Shown here one piece after another: positions 22,741 to 34,934 of a stretch of DNA of 34,934 nucleotides. The position numbers were made by a program, and so were the translations under genes. A model generated the notes under the pieces. It made no database searches. It saw nothing but the letters and a program-made list of their open reading frames with translations, and was not told the DNA's origin. The number at the start of each line of letters is the position of its first letter. Position 1 is the stretch's first letter. This stretch comes from Conidiobolus incongruus B7586 (taxonomy: Eukaryota), in NCBI GenBank assembly GCA_000697335.1, contig JNEM01009617.1:1-34934 (forward strand), in the 5' to 3' direction.

Positions 22741-25612
22741 TTAAATGCATTTATAACACGCTACATTTATCCAACTATCCTTCTTAGTAGGTCGTCCATC
22801 GTTACCCATATCCTTCATGTAACTGATAGCCCACTGACCACGTTCCCTTACTGTAACATTCGCAACATAGCCCTGGTCTCCAGGGTAGTAAACAAATTTA
22901 TGAGTTTTTAGGGATGGGGACCGTAGTACCAATTTGAAGTGTTTATTATCGCCGGAGGGCTGAACGTGGAACCTATAGGAGATATTATACAAGAGATTGA
23001 GGTTAACGGGTTCGACAATGTAGAATTCTTTAGTGGATGGGATAATGTGTACGAAATCTTCAGGTTGCTTAATACCCGTGTGTTGTACTGTCATCGAAAA
23101 GACTAGGGGCGAGTTAGATGGAGTAGACTCCAGACTGGTCATGTTGCAGAAGAATTTAAGTACACCGGTCGAGTCTTTGCCCTTAATGCGGATTAAAAGC
23201 TTCGATATGCGTCGGTTGCCGTCCATCTTATGCTGTACCAGAGGTTTCTGCTTCCGAATGACTCTCCCGTTAGGATCAGGAATTTCCAACTGGGCTGAAG
23301 TTTGCGCTCCCGGAGGTACCAAAATATCTAACTCTGCAGTTTGATCGTCATTCACTGTAAAGATACCTCCCTTGAGGTTGAGGAAGCGAATACCGTAGTC
23401 GAAGTAATGGCTCGTAGCGTACGGCAATTCATTAAACACTGCGAAACTTACCGGAGGACGAATTAACTGATGACGATGCTCAATGGGAAAGTGGGTGAAG
23501 ATAATTTTACTGGGATTCGTCAAGAAGTAAAAGGGTTCAGACGTGCCGTTGGGATTCAGGGGATGCGATGAGCATGCTAGACCACAGTCGATAATTCTGT
23601 AACATCCCTGAATTTTCACGGCAATCCAAGCGTGATTGGGTTCAGGTAATTTCGTAGATTCCCTAGGTTTGGAGGGATCTTTAAGGAATCCTTTGATTAA
23701 TATAGATTCAACACCTGCATGCTTCGCCATTTCGTGAAATAATGCTGCAAAGCCAAAGCGACGAGCGCTACCTCTACTGAGTACTGATTCGGCAGTTTCA
23801 GAATAGTAGGGATCTTCGATCTCTTGAGAATCACTCTCTGCTTCCGAGTCTTCTGACTGCACTTCGTCGTCACCATCCTCGTCGCCATTCTCGCACGATC
23901 CGTTAGACTTCTGGTGAGGTGAGTTACTATTGTTATTTGGCGTATAATCATATCTGATGGTATAAATAATCCAGGTGAAAATCGCTCGAATCTTTTGCCA
24001 ATCGTGTCTATATGGCTTTGTCAAGTGATTAATTACGAGATCTCTAGCAGTGCCTGACACAGGGATTTTGGAGTCTTTGACGTAGCGATCGATTGGTTCG
24101 AAATCACTCTCTGTAGAATTGTTAGTATTGAATATTAATAAATTAATTGAATTAATTACCGTCAAAATCGAAACCATCGGCATCGGGATCGGTGATGGGT
24201 CTCGACAATCTAAACAATTCAATTCAATTAGCATTAATAAAATATAAAAACGAAAAATTCACTTACGCAACCAATTGCACAGCGTTCTGAGGTTTCTGAG
24301 GCTGAATCTTTTTGCGCTGCTCCACCGGTTTCTTCATTTGGGGTGTACTTGGCGACTTGGTTGACGCCTGCTTCAACAGAGGTCCCGTCAACTTCTGAAG
24401 TCCGTCTGCAATTTTCTTGGCGGTGGGCTCTTTGCTGTGTAAAGCGGACGGTGGCACCACATTCGTACTGTTGTTGACGTTAGAATTGGGTGGTTTTGTA
24501 CAGGCATTCTGGTGATTATTAACTGGTGGAGTGGTTACAGCTGTTGGGATTTGAACTTGGGCTTGGGCTTGCGATTCCAGCTGTAAATTTTCCATCACTT
24601 CTGGTAATGTCTCTTCGACTGCTGGGGGTGAAGGTGGCGGCTTGGGAGGCACTAACCCGAGATGGTGACTCTTTTCAATCGTTGGTGTCCCTAGCGACAA
24701 GTTCGTTTCTACGGTTGAAGTGGGAATTGAGGGAGTAGGTGTCATCGTAGCGGGAATTGGCTGCTGATGCACAACCCCTGGCGATGGAGCAGTCTCTGGA
24801 ATTGATGTAGTGACAGCTTCTGGCAATTGCTCAGGCTGAATAGAGGGTGTTCTCTTGTGAGGTAATCTTGGAAGCGGTCTCGCTGCTGGCAATTCCTGTG
24901 GCGTTTGATAATTATAAGGTGACTGGTAATATGAAGGGTCGTAATATCCATTATAATAATAAGGATCTGCATAATTGGAGTCCATTGGGGGATAATCCTC
25001 ATAACCTGCAGGGTACTCGTAATAGTAATCATATTGAGGATCTGCTGCCAAGGATGCATACGATGACGGATCGGCATTCGTATACACTGCAGAATATGGG
25101 TCATATGGATACGGACTGGGATAACCATAAGTACTGTCATAAGCTGATAGTTCCGTGCCTGGCATAGCATAATATGAGTCATAGCCGTAATCTGCACTCA
25201 CTTGTGCATAAGGATCGTGAGCAGAATAATAATAAGGCGATTGCGGCGGATAAGAATAAGGACTCATATGCGGCGGATACTGCTGATGCTGAGGCGGAGG
25301 AGGAGGCGGGACTGCCGGCTGCTGAGTAGGCTGCTGATAGTTCACTTGCGATTGACTCGAAAGCTGATTGGGATGAAATGAGTGACGATGACTCTGTCTA
25401 TTCGGCTCGGCATACTGCTGCATATTTGGTGTAGTAGGAATTTCACTATATCTCTTCGACTTCCCCGGAGTTGGCAAAGGCCTCGACCTCACCGAATTCG
25501 AGGCAGCTGAAGATGTCGAATGGCTTTTATATTTCGGCTCGGGCTCATTCATAGTCAATAATATTTCCTCCAAATTCAAATCTGAAATAATATCTTGTTG
25601 ATTGGAAGTCAT
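22741..25612 (-). CDS. CYK3/kyphoscoliosis-peptidase-like transglutaminase-fold protein with a long Pro/Tyr/Gln-rich N-terminus, ~921 aa; exons 25612-24267, 24209-24160, 24110-22741
   Basis: KIRAIFTWI..IRYD, ETAESVLSRG, FAALFHEMA..AG..IKGFLK, NHAWIAVKI..RIIDC and FYFLTNP..IFTHFP. Two GT-AG introns join the 449-aa and 497-aa ORFs in frame (2766 nt). Confidence 0.85.
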
Positions 25613-26227
25613 TTGTAATACTTAATATTTAATATATAACATACATATATATATTATTATGATCAATGTTATTATATTGTTTAATATCTCAACAAGAAAA
25701 ATGAATTATATGATAAAATAATTTTTAAAAAGATAATAATAAGGGTAATAAAATTATATTTGAATTAATTTATAAGTTTGTTTATGGATTTAACTTCAAT
25801 TGGAATGAATTTTCAGTGGTTGAATAACTCTTAATTCTGATAATTCAATGGTATTTTTATTAAAATAATCTACGATATGTTTGACTATCACTATTGCCAC
25901 AATTATTTTAATAATTAACTATTATTTTTTATATGATTTTTCACTTAATCATTATTGTCATATTAATGTTACTTAATAATAAATTTTCAAAAAAATTTTG
26001 TGGTAAATTTATATTAATTGACTCAAACTTTACAAATAAATGTGTAATAATTCTTCAGTTTGATAGTTGTTAAATGAATGAGAAGATAAAATAATCATGA
26101 TATATAGTAAATACTTGATAAATATATGATATATGTCAATCTTCAACACACAGCATAATTTTGAATTTGACAATTGCATTCACTCAATAATATCAACAAA
26201 TTATTTTAAATCCTCAAATTGAAATAT

Positions 26228-26775
26228 TTATTTCCAATAATAGATATAAATAATACCCAGTAAACATAACATTGGAAAATATTTGAAAATATTGTCAAAC
26301 CACCTAAACTTGTATTAATAAAATGTTTTATATATAGTGCTAAAATTACCCTGGTGTTTTGGGGGGTTTTGGATTATATTGAACTTGAATATCGTCCCCA
26401 ATACGATTTGCTTCATATTTTAACTATTTCCATCATCATTAAATACATATATATAAGGATGCAAATTGGTAATATTACCTTTGTCTTTTCATCCAATTCC
26501 CCAATATATAATCCATTTAAAATTTCTTTAGCTTCATCACTATGCGGTAAATTTAAAAAAGTTTCGGTAGCGTCTCTACTCCCGTACTCTAATAGTACCA
26601 TATCACCACCTGGATGCTATTTATCATATTAATTTTATATTATAAATTATATAATACAAATTACCTCATTCTGAAAAGAAGTAGCATCATAAACTTTTCC
26701 ATTAATAGTCAACCAAAGGCTGTGCTTTGATTTATGATCGTTTAAATCTTTTTCTGTAAATACTTTTTCACTCAT
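26228..26775 (-). CDS. CYB5: Cytochrome b5, tail-anchored, ~132 aa; exons 26775-26665, 26616-26479, 26423-26350, 26303-26228
   Basis: LWLTINGKVYDAT..EHPGG..DATETF..HSDEA..IGEL; C-terminal hydrophobic FPMLCLLGIIYIYYWK*. Confidence 0.9.
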
Positions 26776-28659
26776 TTTTATTAAATATACCAAAAAATTA
26801 GATAAAAAAATAAGAAATGGATGTTTATTTATACTTACGCCAAAACACTAGAATTATGCTAAGTGACGGTTTAAATCGACTTGATCACTATTTCTAGTGG
26901 TTGTATGCGTTAATTAATTAAATAAGACCACTCTTGAATCTTTTCAATTCACTTTTCTTTCTAAATCGTGTTTAATATTAATTATTTGATACCTCTTAAA
27001 AATGCAATTGAAAGATGATGAAATTTTGCCATGTGATAATAATTAGATCAATGTCTAATCATAATATCAAATATCTAGAATATAATATAGTACAGATATA
27101 TCACTCATAATAGTTTATAAATAGTAATCAAATTATAAATTATATAATAATCAATGTTACTAAATTATAATGATTTTTTAAATTGGAAATTAATTAAAAG
27201 TGTCTGCAAAAATATTAATTTTAAAACTTGATTTTAATCCGAAAAGGTTTTTAAAATGGTTGAAGTGTCTCAAATTGTAATGGCTATTTAAAATTGTCAA
27301 CCCTTTGAAGTATTAGATTTTGAAAATTTTTAGTTAATATTTTTAATTTTAAATTCATTCCAATATTTAGTTTCATAATTACATTGTCCAATTAGAAATT
27401 TTTGGCTTCAAATCTAATTGTTAACCAAAAAATTAATAATATAAAATTTGAAAAAAATATGTTGTTATAATTATCATCATTAAACAAATAAATTTTATAA
27501 ATCATTTATTCTATAGACTATTACAAAGCAAATAATATATTATATAGATAGCTTTTACCAAAATCTTAAGTGTTAAGATCATTGATTTTGATTTATTATT
27601 AATTATACCAATTGGATATTTAATACTGTATTCTGATTTTAATTAGTGATCCAAATCTTTGAACATAGAGTTAAATATGTTAATCTAATATCCAAATTAT
27701 ATCCAATTTGAAATCCAATATTACATATTCCACATTTAATAAAAACGTGTGAATGTCTGAAAATTTTATAGTTTTGAAAATCAGAAAAAACTAATTAAAT
27801 TTCAAAAGTATAAAATTAAAATAATATTAATTATTCTATAATTGAATATAAATAATTAATAATATTCCAAAATCCTTTTATATATTGAGCTGTTCAATTT
27901 TTTATTAATATATTAAAAAATTGTATTATTTTTTATTTAATATGTTAAATTATAAAAATTGGCCATCGATAGGTTATTTATTGAAATTATAATTATTACA
28001 TTGATATATTGTATATATCTATGCTACTCTACGTTATTAATATTACATCTTATATTATCATTCATCCAAATTATTAGTAATTAAAATATTTTGATATAAT
28101 GGATACTATACATTTGATCTCAGTTCTTCTAACCAATTTTCGAATTATCTCTTGTTTATAACTTCAATTAATATATCATAAAACTTTAATAACATGAATA
28201 ATCAAATTATCATATATATATTTTCAAATCTTAATCTATAATATTTATATTTTGAAATGATGGAATAACTATCACCGAATACACTAAAAAACTTCTAGAA
28301 CTTTTGGATCCAACAATAGTTCAAGTACTAATTAATTTTGGTTATCATCAAATACTTACCTAATTTTCTCACACTTAAAGCTCAATGAATTCTTCGGTCT
28401 AATTGGCTGAAATTTTCTTAAAATATGTAATTGTGTAATTTATAGATTTTACTAGAAATGTATCGAATTTGAAGATAATCCCATTTTTGATTCAACTCAA
28501 AATACAAATTATAAATATATGTTCATAGATAATTAATTTTGTATTAGAAAAATAACTTTTTTTTGTTCAAGTTTTAAAATATCAATTAAGGTATTTGATT
28601 ACATTTAATTAATAAATAAATTTAGTATTTAATATTTTTTTAATCAAGTTTAATCAAAG

Positions 28660-30261
28660 ATGGCTATGTCTGCAAATTGGAAGAATGTCAATAACTGGTA
28701 AATTATAAAATTAAAAATTTAATAAAACATAAATATTAATCTGATTATAAATTTAGGCATTGGTAATTCATATCATATAAAACAACAAATAAAATTATAT
28801 AATAATAATCTAAATTTAATTATATATTCAGGACCGAAAAAAATTGTTTAAACTGGGCTAAAGATTACCTCAAAGAAACTTTAACTGGTATCGAAGTTGA
28901 ACAAGGTGAATTGAAGGCTTCTGTCTCTTCAGTCACCAGTGTCGAAGGTGATTGTGACTTGAACCAAAGAAAGGGTAAAATTTTGACTTTGTTTGATATG
29001 AAGATTCAAATGAAATGGAGAGGTATTTCATCAAAATTAAGATTTGTATTGGTTTGATATTTATTTTTATAATAGGTTTCCTCGAAAATGGAGACGAAGT
29101 TACCGGTAGAATTACCGTTCCCGAAATTTGTCACGATTCAGACATTGATGACTACGTTGTAAGTTGAATTATTTCTTTTAGTGTTTATTTTAATTGGATA
29201 TTTAATATTTAATATTTAGTATGAAATTACCGTCGATAACCATACTCGCGATAAGGATCCCCTCAAAGAATTGGTTCGTAAACAATTAACTAAAAAGATT
29301 TCTGAAAAGTTTGCTAAATTCTCTGAAGCTTTAATTGAAGGTAAATATATACATATATGCTATTGAGAATTGAATACTTATTTCACTTGAATATAGCTCA
29401 CTCCAAGGATGTCTACATCAGTGCTGAAGATTTAAAGATTAAAGATCTTAACATTACTCCCACCCAAACTCCTGCTCCTACCCCAATCTCTGTCCAATCC
29501 ACTCCCTCCAAGCCCTCTACTCCCGTTGGTACCTCATCCCCCAAAGTTGTTAATACCACTAACGTCAACGAAACCATCGAATTTGTTGCTTCCGCTCACG
29601 ATCTCTACAACGTCTTAGTCGACCAAAAGCTGATCTCAGCTTGGTCTAGATCCAATGTTGTCTACCCCTCAGAAGTCGGCAAAGAATTCTCTTTATTTGA
29701 TGGTAATGTCACTGGTAAAATTTTGGAATTGGTAAGTTTGAATAAATTTTTGGATGTTTTTGAATGTGTTATTTAATTAAGTTTTAGGTTCCCGATAAGA
29801 AGATTGTTCAAACTTGGAGACTTAAGACTTGGCCTTCAGGTGGCTATAAAAAATAATCAAATCAATTAATATATTAAATTAATATTACTTTTAGGTCACT
29901 ACTCGACTGTCACCTTCAACCTCGAAGAACAATCCGGCTCATGTAATTTAGTATTAGAACAAACCGGTGTCCCCTTGGGCGAACAAGACATCGTACGCAC
30001 CAACTGGGAGCAATTCTACTGGAACCGCATTAAGACCACTTTCGGGTACGACAAAAGCTCTAAATTTAGTACTTTAACGGACATGTTAACCAGTGTCCCA
30101 ATTTTAATTACCATTGGTCTCAGTGCCACTTTTATTTATAAATTTTTTAATTAAAATTACTTATTAATAATATATCAACTCTTAAAAAATGTAATTTTTT
30201 TAGATTTTGAACATTATATATTAACTTCAAATTTTTATTTAGGTATGGTATCGTTATGTAA
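28660..30261 (+). CDS. AHA1: Hsp90 ATPase activator Aha1; exons 28660-28697, 28757-28762, 28832-29022, 29076-29158, 29220-29340, 29397-29731, 29788-29839, 29895-30045, 30243-30261
   Basis: NWKNVNNWHWTEKNC and EGDCDLNQRKGK; AHSA1/START-like domain FSLFDGNVTG..IVQTWR..WPSGHYS..NWEQFYW..IKTTFGYGIVM*. Confidence 0.93.
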
Positions 30262-30405
30262 TAAACTGGAATTAGACTTTTCCATGCCTGGAAATTCTGT
30301 ATCATGTCATTATCTTTATCAATCGACTGCTATTTTTTATTCAATTGATATATTATTGAATAAGATTTAGAAATAAAAATTTTTTCGTTTATTTAAATTA
30401 TGTAA

Positions 30406-31630
30406 TTATAATTTATTTTGGGTTGGGAATTTGGAGTGAATTAAATTCAGGGCTCTGAGGGAACTTCCTATACTAGATTGATACCCTAGAATTTAGTTAT
30501 ATTAGTATAACATGTTGATTTTTTATTTGATGTTAGTTACCTGCTGCTCCGTGACCATAGAAATGAATTAAGGGCAGTTTTTGGTTATTTTTATCAACTA
30601 AAATTCAATTAATATACTATTTAAATTAAAAATTATAATAAATATACCTAAATAGTTTGCTTCAATACGAATACCAGATTTTCTATAAGGCCTAAAACCA
30701 ACATTCTTCTTCAAAATTTTATAATTATCTCTAGTCAATTCTGGATGGTATTTGATACATCCTTCGAGGATATTCTTCTCAGTTTGAGTGTTATAATCGG
30801 TGGACCAATTATTGGGTTGGTACACCCCGCCCAAGATCACATCACCATTACCTCTCAAAATCACGTAAAATTGCTCTTCACTTTCTTTACCATGTGGATA
30901 AATAAACATATTTTTAGTGAGTTGAGGTGCATGTACTAAAATGGTTTGACCGCGAACTGGCACGAGTTCCAAATCTTCACTCTCGCCTGAGTTTAGGGAT
31001 CTGTAGCCCAATCCCGAGCAATTCACAACCAAATCAACCTTATTAGTGACTAAATCCAAACAATCTTCCAACCTAGTCAATTTCTTCTGAACAAAATGAC
31101 CTCCCAATTCTATGAACTGAGATTTTAACCAAATCAAATAAGCAGGAGTATTAATACAAATAGTATCATACTCAAACCCCTTGTTGATCCCTTCTGGTAA
31201 TTCCTTACCGTTCAATTCTTTAAAATTTGGCACACAATCTTTAAACCATGGCAAATAATACTGACTAGGGTTTTCCCAACCCTCAAACACTGGAATCAAC
31301 TTGATAATTTCCTTCAATTCTGGATTCAATTCTGTCAATTTTAATAAATTTTCAAAAGTAATTCTATCATAATCTAAACCAATACACTTAATATTTCTTG
31401 TATATTAATTCAAACCTATTATTACCTTTATGATCTTGGTTTAATCCTTCTGCGAAGCTTCTCCAAATAGCTCCAGCTTTAGCACTTGTGAACTCAACGT
31501 CATCACATGGAGGAATATGCTCAGCAATGATGGTTACATTGTACTGATTAGTTTTCAGTAGTAGATAACTCAGGGTGAGCCCAGTTACACCACTACCAAC
31601 AATTACAATATTTATTTTAGCTAAACTCAT
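30406..31630 (-). CDS. D-amino-acid / D-aspartate oxidase (FAD-dependent), ~355 aa; exons 31630-31426, 31373-30648, 30597-30541, 30485-30406
   Basis: IVIVGSGVTGL, FTSAKAGA, INTPAYL, VVNCSGLG, PVRGQ, VGFRPYR and HFYGHGAAGYQSS; ends -NKL (PTS1-like). Confidence 0.93.
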
Positions 31631-33315
31631 TTTTTATCTTTTTTTTTTCAAGTTTTATCAACAAATCAAACTCATAATATCTTTTATATATGATCACAAT
31701 CTAAAAATTACCAAATTTATTACAGGTGGTCATATTATCTCTTTGGGGTCTTAAATTAACCGTATATTTTTTAATTAATAGTGTTTTTAGTGGTTTTTGA
31801 TAGCTATGGTACCATTATTAAAAAGTGTCATATGATAGATTCTAAGTCATTTTTTTATTGAGGAAACATTATTTGAATTGTATTAGTATTAGATATAAAT
31901 TAAGTTTTTAAGTGGGATGATTATTGAGATATTAATTTGGTTTTTATACTAAAATTGGTAATGATAAGGCTCAAGCAATTAATATGCAAGAATATTTTCG
32001 AACCTAAATCACCATTAATCTGAATTCAATTTTGAAATCTAATTCCTAAGTTGAAATTTTGGGTGATTCCTTAATTTTTAGATCCGATATTTACCTATCA
32101 AACATTGCTTTAAAACATAGCATATTTTGAATCCAATTTTAATGTAATTGTATAAGAACTACAATGGACAAATAATTAAACTAAATTATTTTCAATTTAT
32201 CAAAATTTACTCATAATTAATCAAAATATAAAATTATGTTCTATTTGAATATTTTCAAAATCAATATTTTGCATTTTATCATATTTGTAACCATTTTAAT
32301 TTATCAATTATATTGAATGAATATTAAATTTGATTATCAGTGATTTTCATTCCTTTATTTTAGAATTTAAAAATAGACTTCAAATTTTGACTAAAAGATC
32401 AAGTCACATTAATAGCAAATATTATATCTTGATTTATAATTTAACCATTTTATTATTGGAGTCATTAATATTAATTCATAATTATTCAAATATTCTTTTG
32501 ATTATTTTAGATACATATTTGTCAGGTATAACTAATAAGAGAAATTAATTATATACTATCATATACCTAAAAAATAAGATTCGTATTATTATTAAAATTT
32601 TTGATATTTTGATTGAGATAATTTTAAATTATCAGATCAATTCAAAAATAATATTTACCAATAAAGTGAATGTAAAATTATCGGTTTAATAGATTGATTA
32701 AAGTTATCAAGTTTCAACCATAACTTATCTCACTACGTCTTTTAATTGGTTAAAAATGTCCAAAATCTTGACTAATTTTAATTTGATCTTATGATTAATA
32801 TAAATTGAGGGTGAATATTGAATTCCATTAAGATTCATCCAAATAATTCAATTCCAAAAGAATAATTCAGGAATGGTTTATATCACCCATTTAGAAAGTT
32901 TTTCGCTTTGCTATGAAAATTTTAATTCTTTAGTTATAATAGAATAATGATGAAAAATTAATAAGATATTTAGAATCCATTTGAATATAAACTACCAAAC
33001 TATAATTTATATTGATAAAGTTGAAAAAAATTTAAAATTATTAAATAAACAGCTTATTGTATGCTTAATTAAAAATCTATATTAATAATTTTAAAATATC
33101 AATCAAACTTAACATTTCTGTCATGAACCCCAATTTATAGCATATTTTAACCCATCCGTATTTCGCCATAAAAAGAGAGCTTTATCACTGATTTATAGCA
33201 TACTTTCATTACGCAATAACCTTCATCCGTCATCCATTGTATTATTTATTTCTATTGTTATTCACTTACATATCCATTGTCACGCTAAGTATCATTAACA
33301 ATATCAATATTTCAG

Positions 33316-33340
33316 TATATATATATATATATATATATAT
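33316..33340. repeat. (TA)n microsatellite
   Basis: Uninterrupted tatata run of about 12 units. Confidence 0.8.
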
Positions 33341-33539
33341 GTCTAATAGGTAACTATAATATAAATCGATTCAACAGGTATTCGACATTTGTAAATTTTA
33401 CTAATATAGATACTATAAAGATATTTAATAACTCATTAGTTAAGTCATCTAATCTTGTAACCTTAGAAACCTATTATTTAAATAAATATTGACATTGATG
33501 TAGCCCGAGACTTAATCTAAAGTATATTTATATATTGAT

Positions 33540-34110
33540 TAACCAGGCTAACATATCCTATAATTCCATTAGTTATAATATATTATATGATACTTAGTAC
33601 ATTAACCCAAACACAATCGCTATATTTCAGTATCAAATACAGCTTTTATGACTCCTAAACCTACATTCGTAACATCTGCAGCATGTCCCATAGAAGGATC
33701 TCTTACATTTATAACCTCATCATCATGGATATTGTTTATTAATGTATTGAAACCATTTTCAAGAATACTGATGTCACTACCTGTTATTATATCAGCGCCA
33801 TTTGGAACCATTAATATTAGCACAAATGTACTATAAAAGGGCTCTTATGATAGGCCCAGATAATCAGAATATTCAATATCCAGACTACATGGCTTTAACC
33901 AAAGCCCATATCCAAGCTACTCTACCTATATTTTTAAACGTCAAATAAGGCTATTGACCATGAATCCAAGAGAGACACTGAATTGTATACAAATACTTAC
34001 ATCTATGATATTGAGGACATTTACCACCAGATTGAGAATACGAGCTCAATTTTTAAAATGCGTATTATTTCAGCTACAATGAGTATTTTGATCTCAGAAT
34101 ACTGTTAATA
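33540..34110. other. GC-richer, coding-like decayed island of unknown identity
   Basis: Composition is clearly above the flanks; only short ORFs occur on both strands and no motif was recognised. Confidence 0.35.
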
Positions 34111-34934
34111 TATTTTTTTTACTAATTTCTTGAATTTCATTAAATATTCAATATAATCTGTTCAAAATTCAATTAATTGAAATCAAATTTCAAAATTTTA
34201 TTTTTTTACTATTTTAATATTAATATAGGTTAAAGCATTGTTCTTATTTTCAAGTTTTATATATTTAATTAAATAACCATAATTTGTAATATATTATGAT
34301 ATCTAACTATCATATATTTTAAATAAAGTAGTATTTTATCAAAATTTCTATTTAATAAAGAATAAATGAAATCAATTATTATTCTATATTATAAATATAT
34401 TTTTTATTTTTATCAATATTATTATATAATGATATAATTAATTAGAACATAATATTACATCATATATATAAGTAGTATAAAAAACATATAATAAAACCAA
34501 ATCAAAAATTAATAATCTTTTATTATATAAAATTTATTATCAATTTAGTATATAAGTAATCTTTAAAATTTCTATTAATATATTATAATTTAATTATAAT
34601 TTTATAGTAAATATTTTATACTATTTATAAATTATTAGTTATAATAGCTTTATATAGCTTTGCTCATCTTTTTAAATAGAATATATAAAAATATCAAACT
34701 TTTAAACATTATTGATATTCAATATATATATTTCAATCAAAATATAAACTTATTTAAATATTGCTATTATAATCCTATTAATAATTTATTCAAAAATTCT
34801 TAATATTAACTAAAATATTAATTAAATATATAAATTATAATATTTATAATAAAATTAAAGCTTCAAAATCATATTATTGATATTTTTAAATTGATTTTTG
34901 ATCAGTAATATATCTTTATTAATTATAATATATT

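Noticed and set aside
23033..25197. Antisense and alternative-frame ORFs within the CYK3-like gene
   Set aside because: Expected by-products of GC-richer, low-complexity coding sequence.
32330..32548. 72-aa plus-strand ORF
   Set aside because: TTG start, intergenic-like AT content and I/L/N-biased translation; probably spurious.
33830..34020. Fragments KGLL(R)(Q) / PISKLLY / YIYDI as possible reverse-transcriptase motifs
   Set aside because: Spacing and residues do not fit QG.PLSP / YxDD without transversions; not supportable.
1..34934. Prokaryotic-type systems (CRISPR arrays, operons, defence islands)
   Set aside because: Spliceosomal introns and eukaryotic genes occur throughout; no regularly spaced repeat-spacer array was seen.

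Overview
Very AT-rich eukaryotic DNA with short (~45-80 nt) GT-AG introns, most consistent with a fungus. The gene set and composition suggest an early-diverging lineage (Conidiobolus-like); that assignment is inference. Eight apparently intact host genes were reconstructed by hand: pyrroline-5-carboxylate reductase, uridine/purine phosphorylase, mitochondrial DnaJ (MDJ1), LETM1/MDM38, a CYK3-like pseudo-transglutaminase, cytochrome b5, AHA1 and D-amino-acid oxidase. There are two tRNA genes (Glu-TTC, Phe-GAA). Accessory DNA includes a Tc1-type DD34E transposon destroyed almost entirely by C>T/G>A transitions (RIP-like), a decayed reading frame starting 28 bp upstream of tRNA-Glu (possibly a tRNA-targeting LINE fragment), a PARN-like pseudogene, an intronless GC-richer gene resembling a filamentous-ascomycete family, and a Helitron-like 3' end. 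The most notable observations are the RIP-like transition hypermutation across several relics and an AHA1 last intron whose retention encodes a tail-anchor membrane segment.
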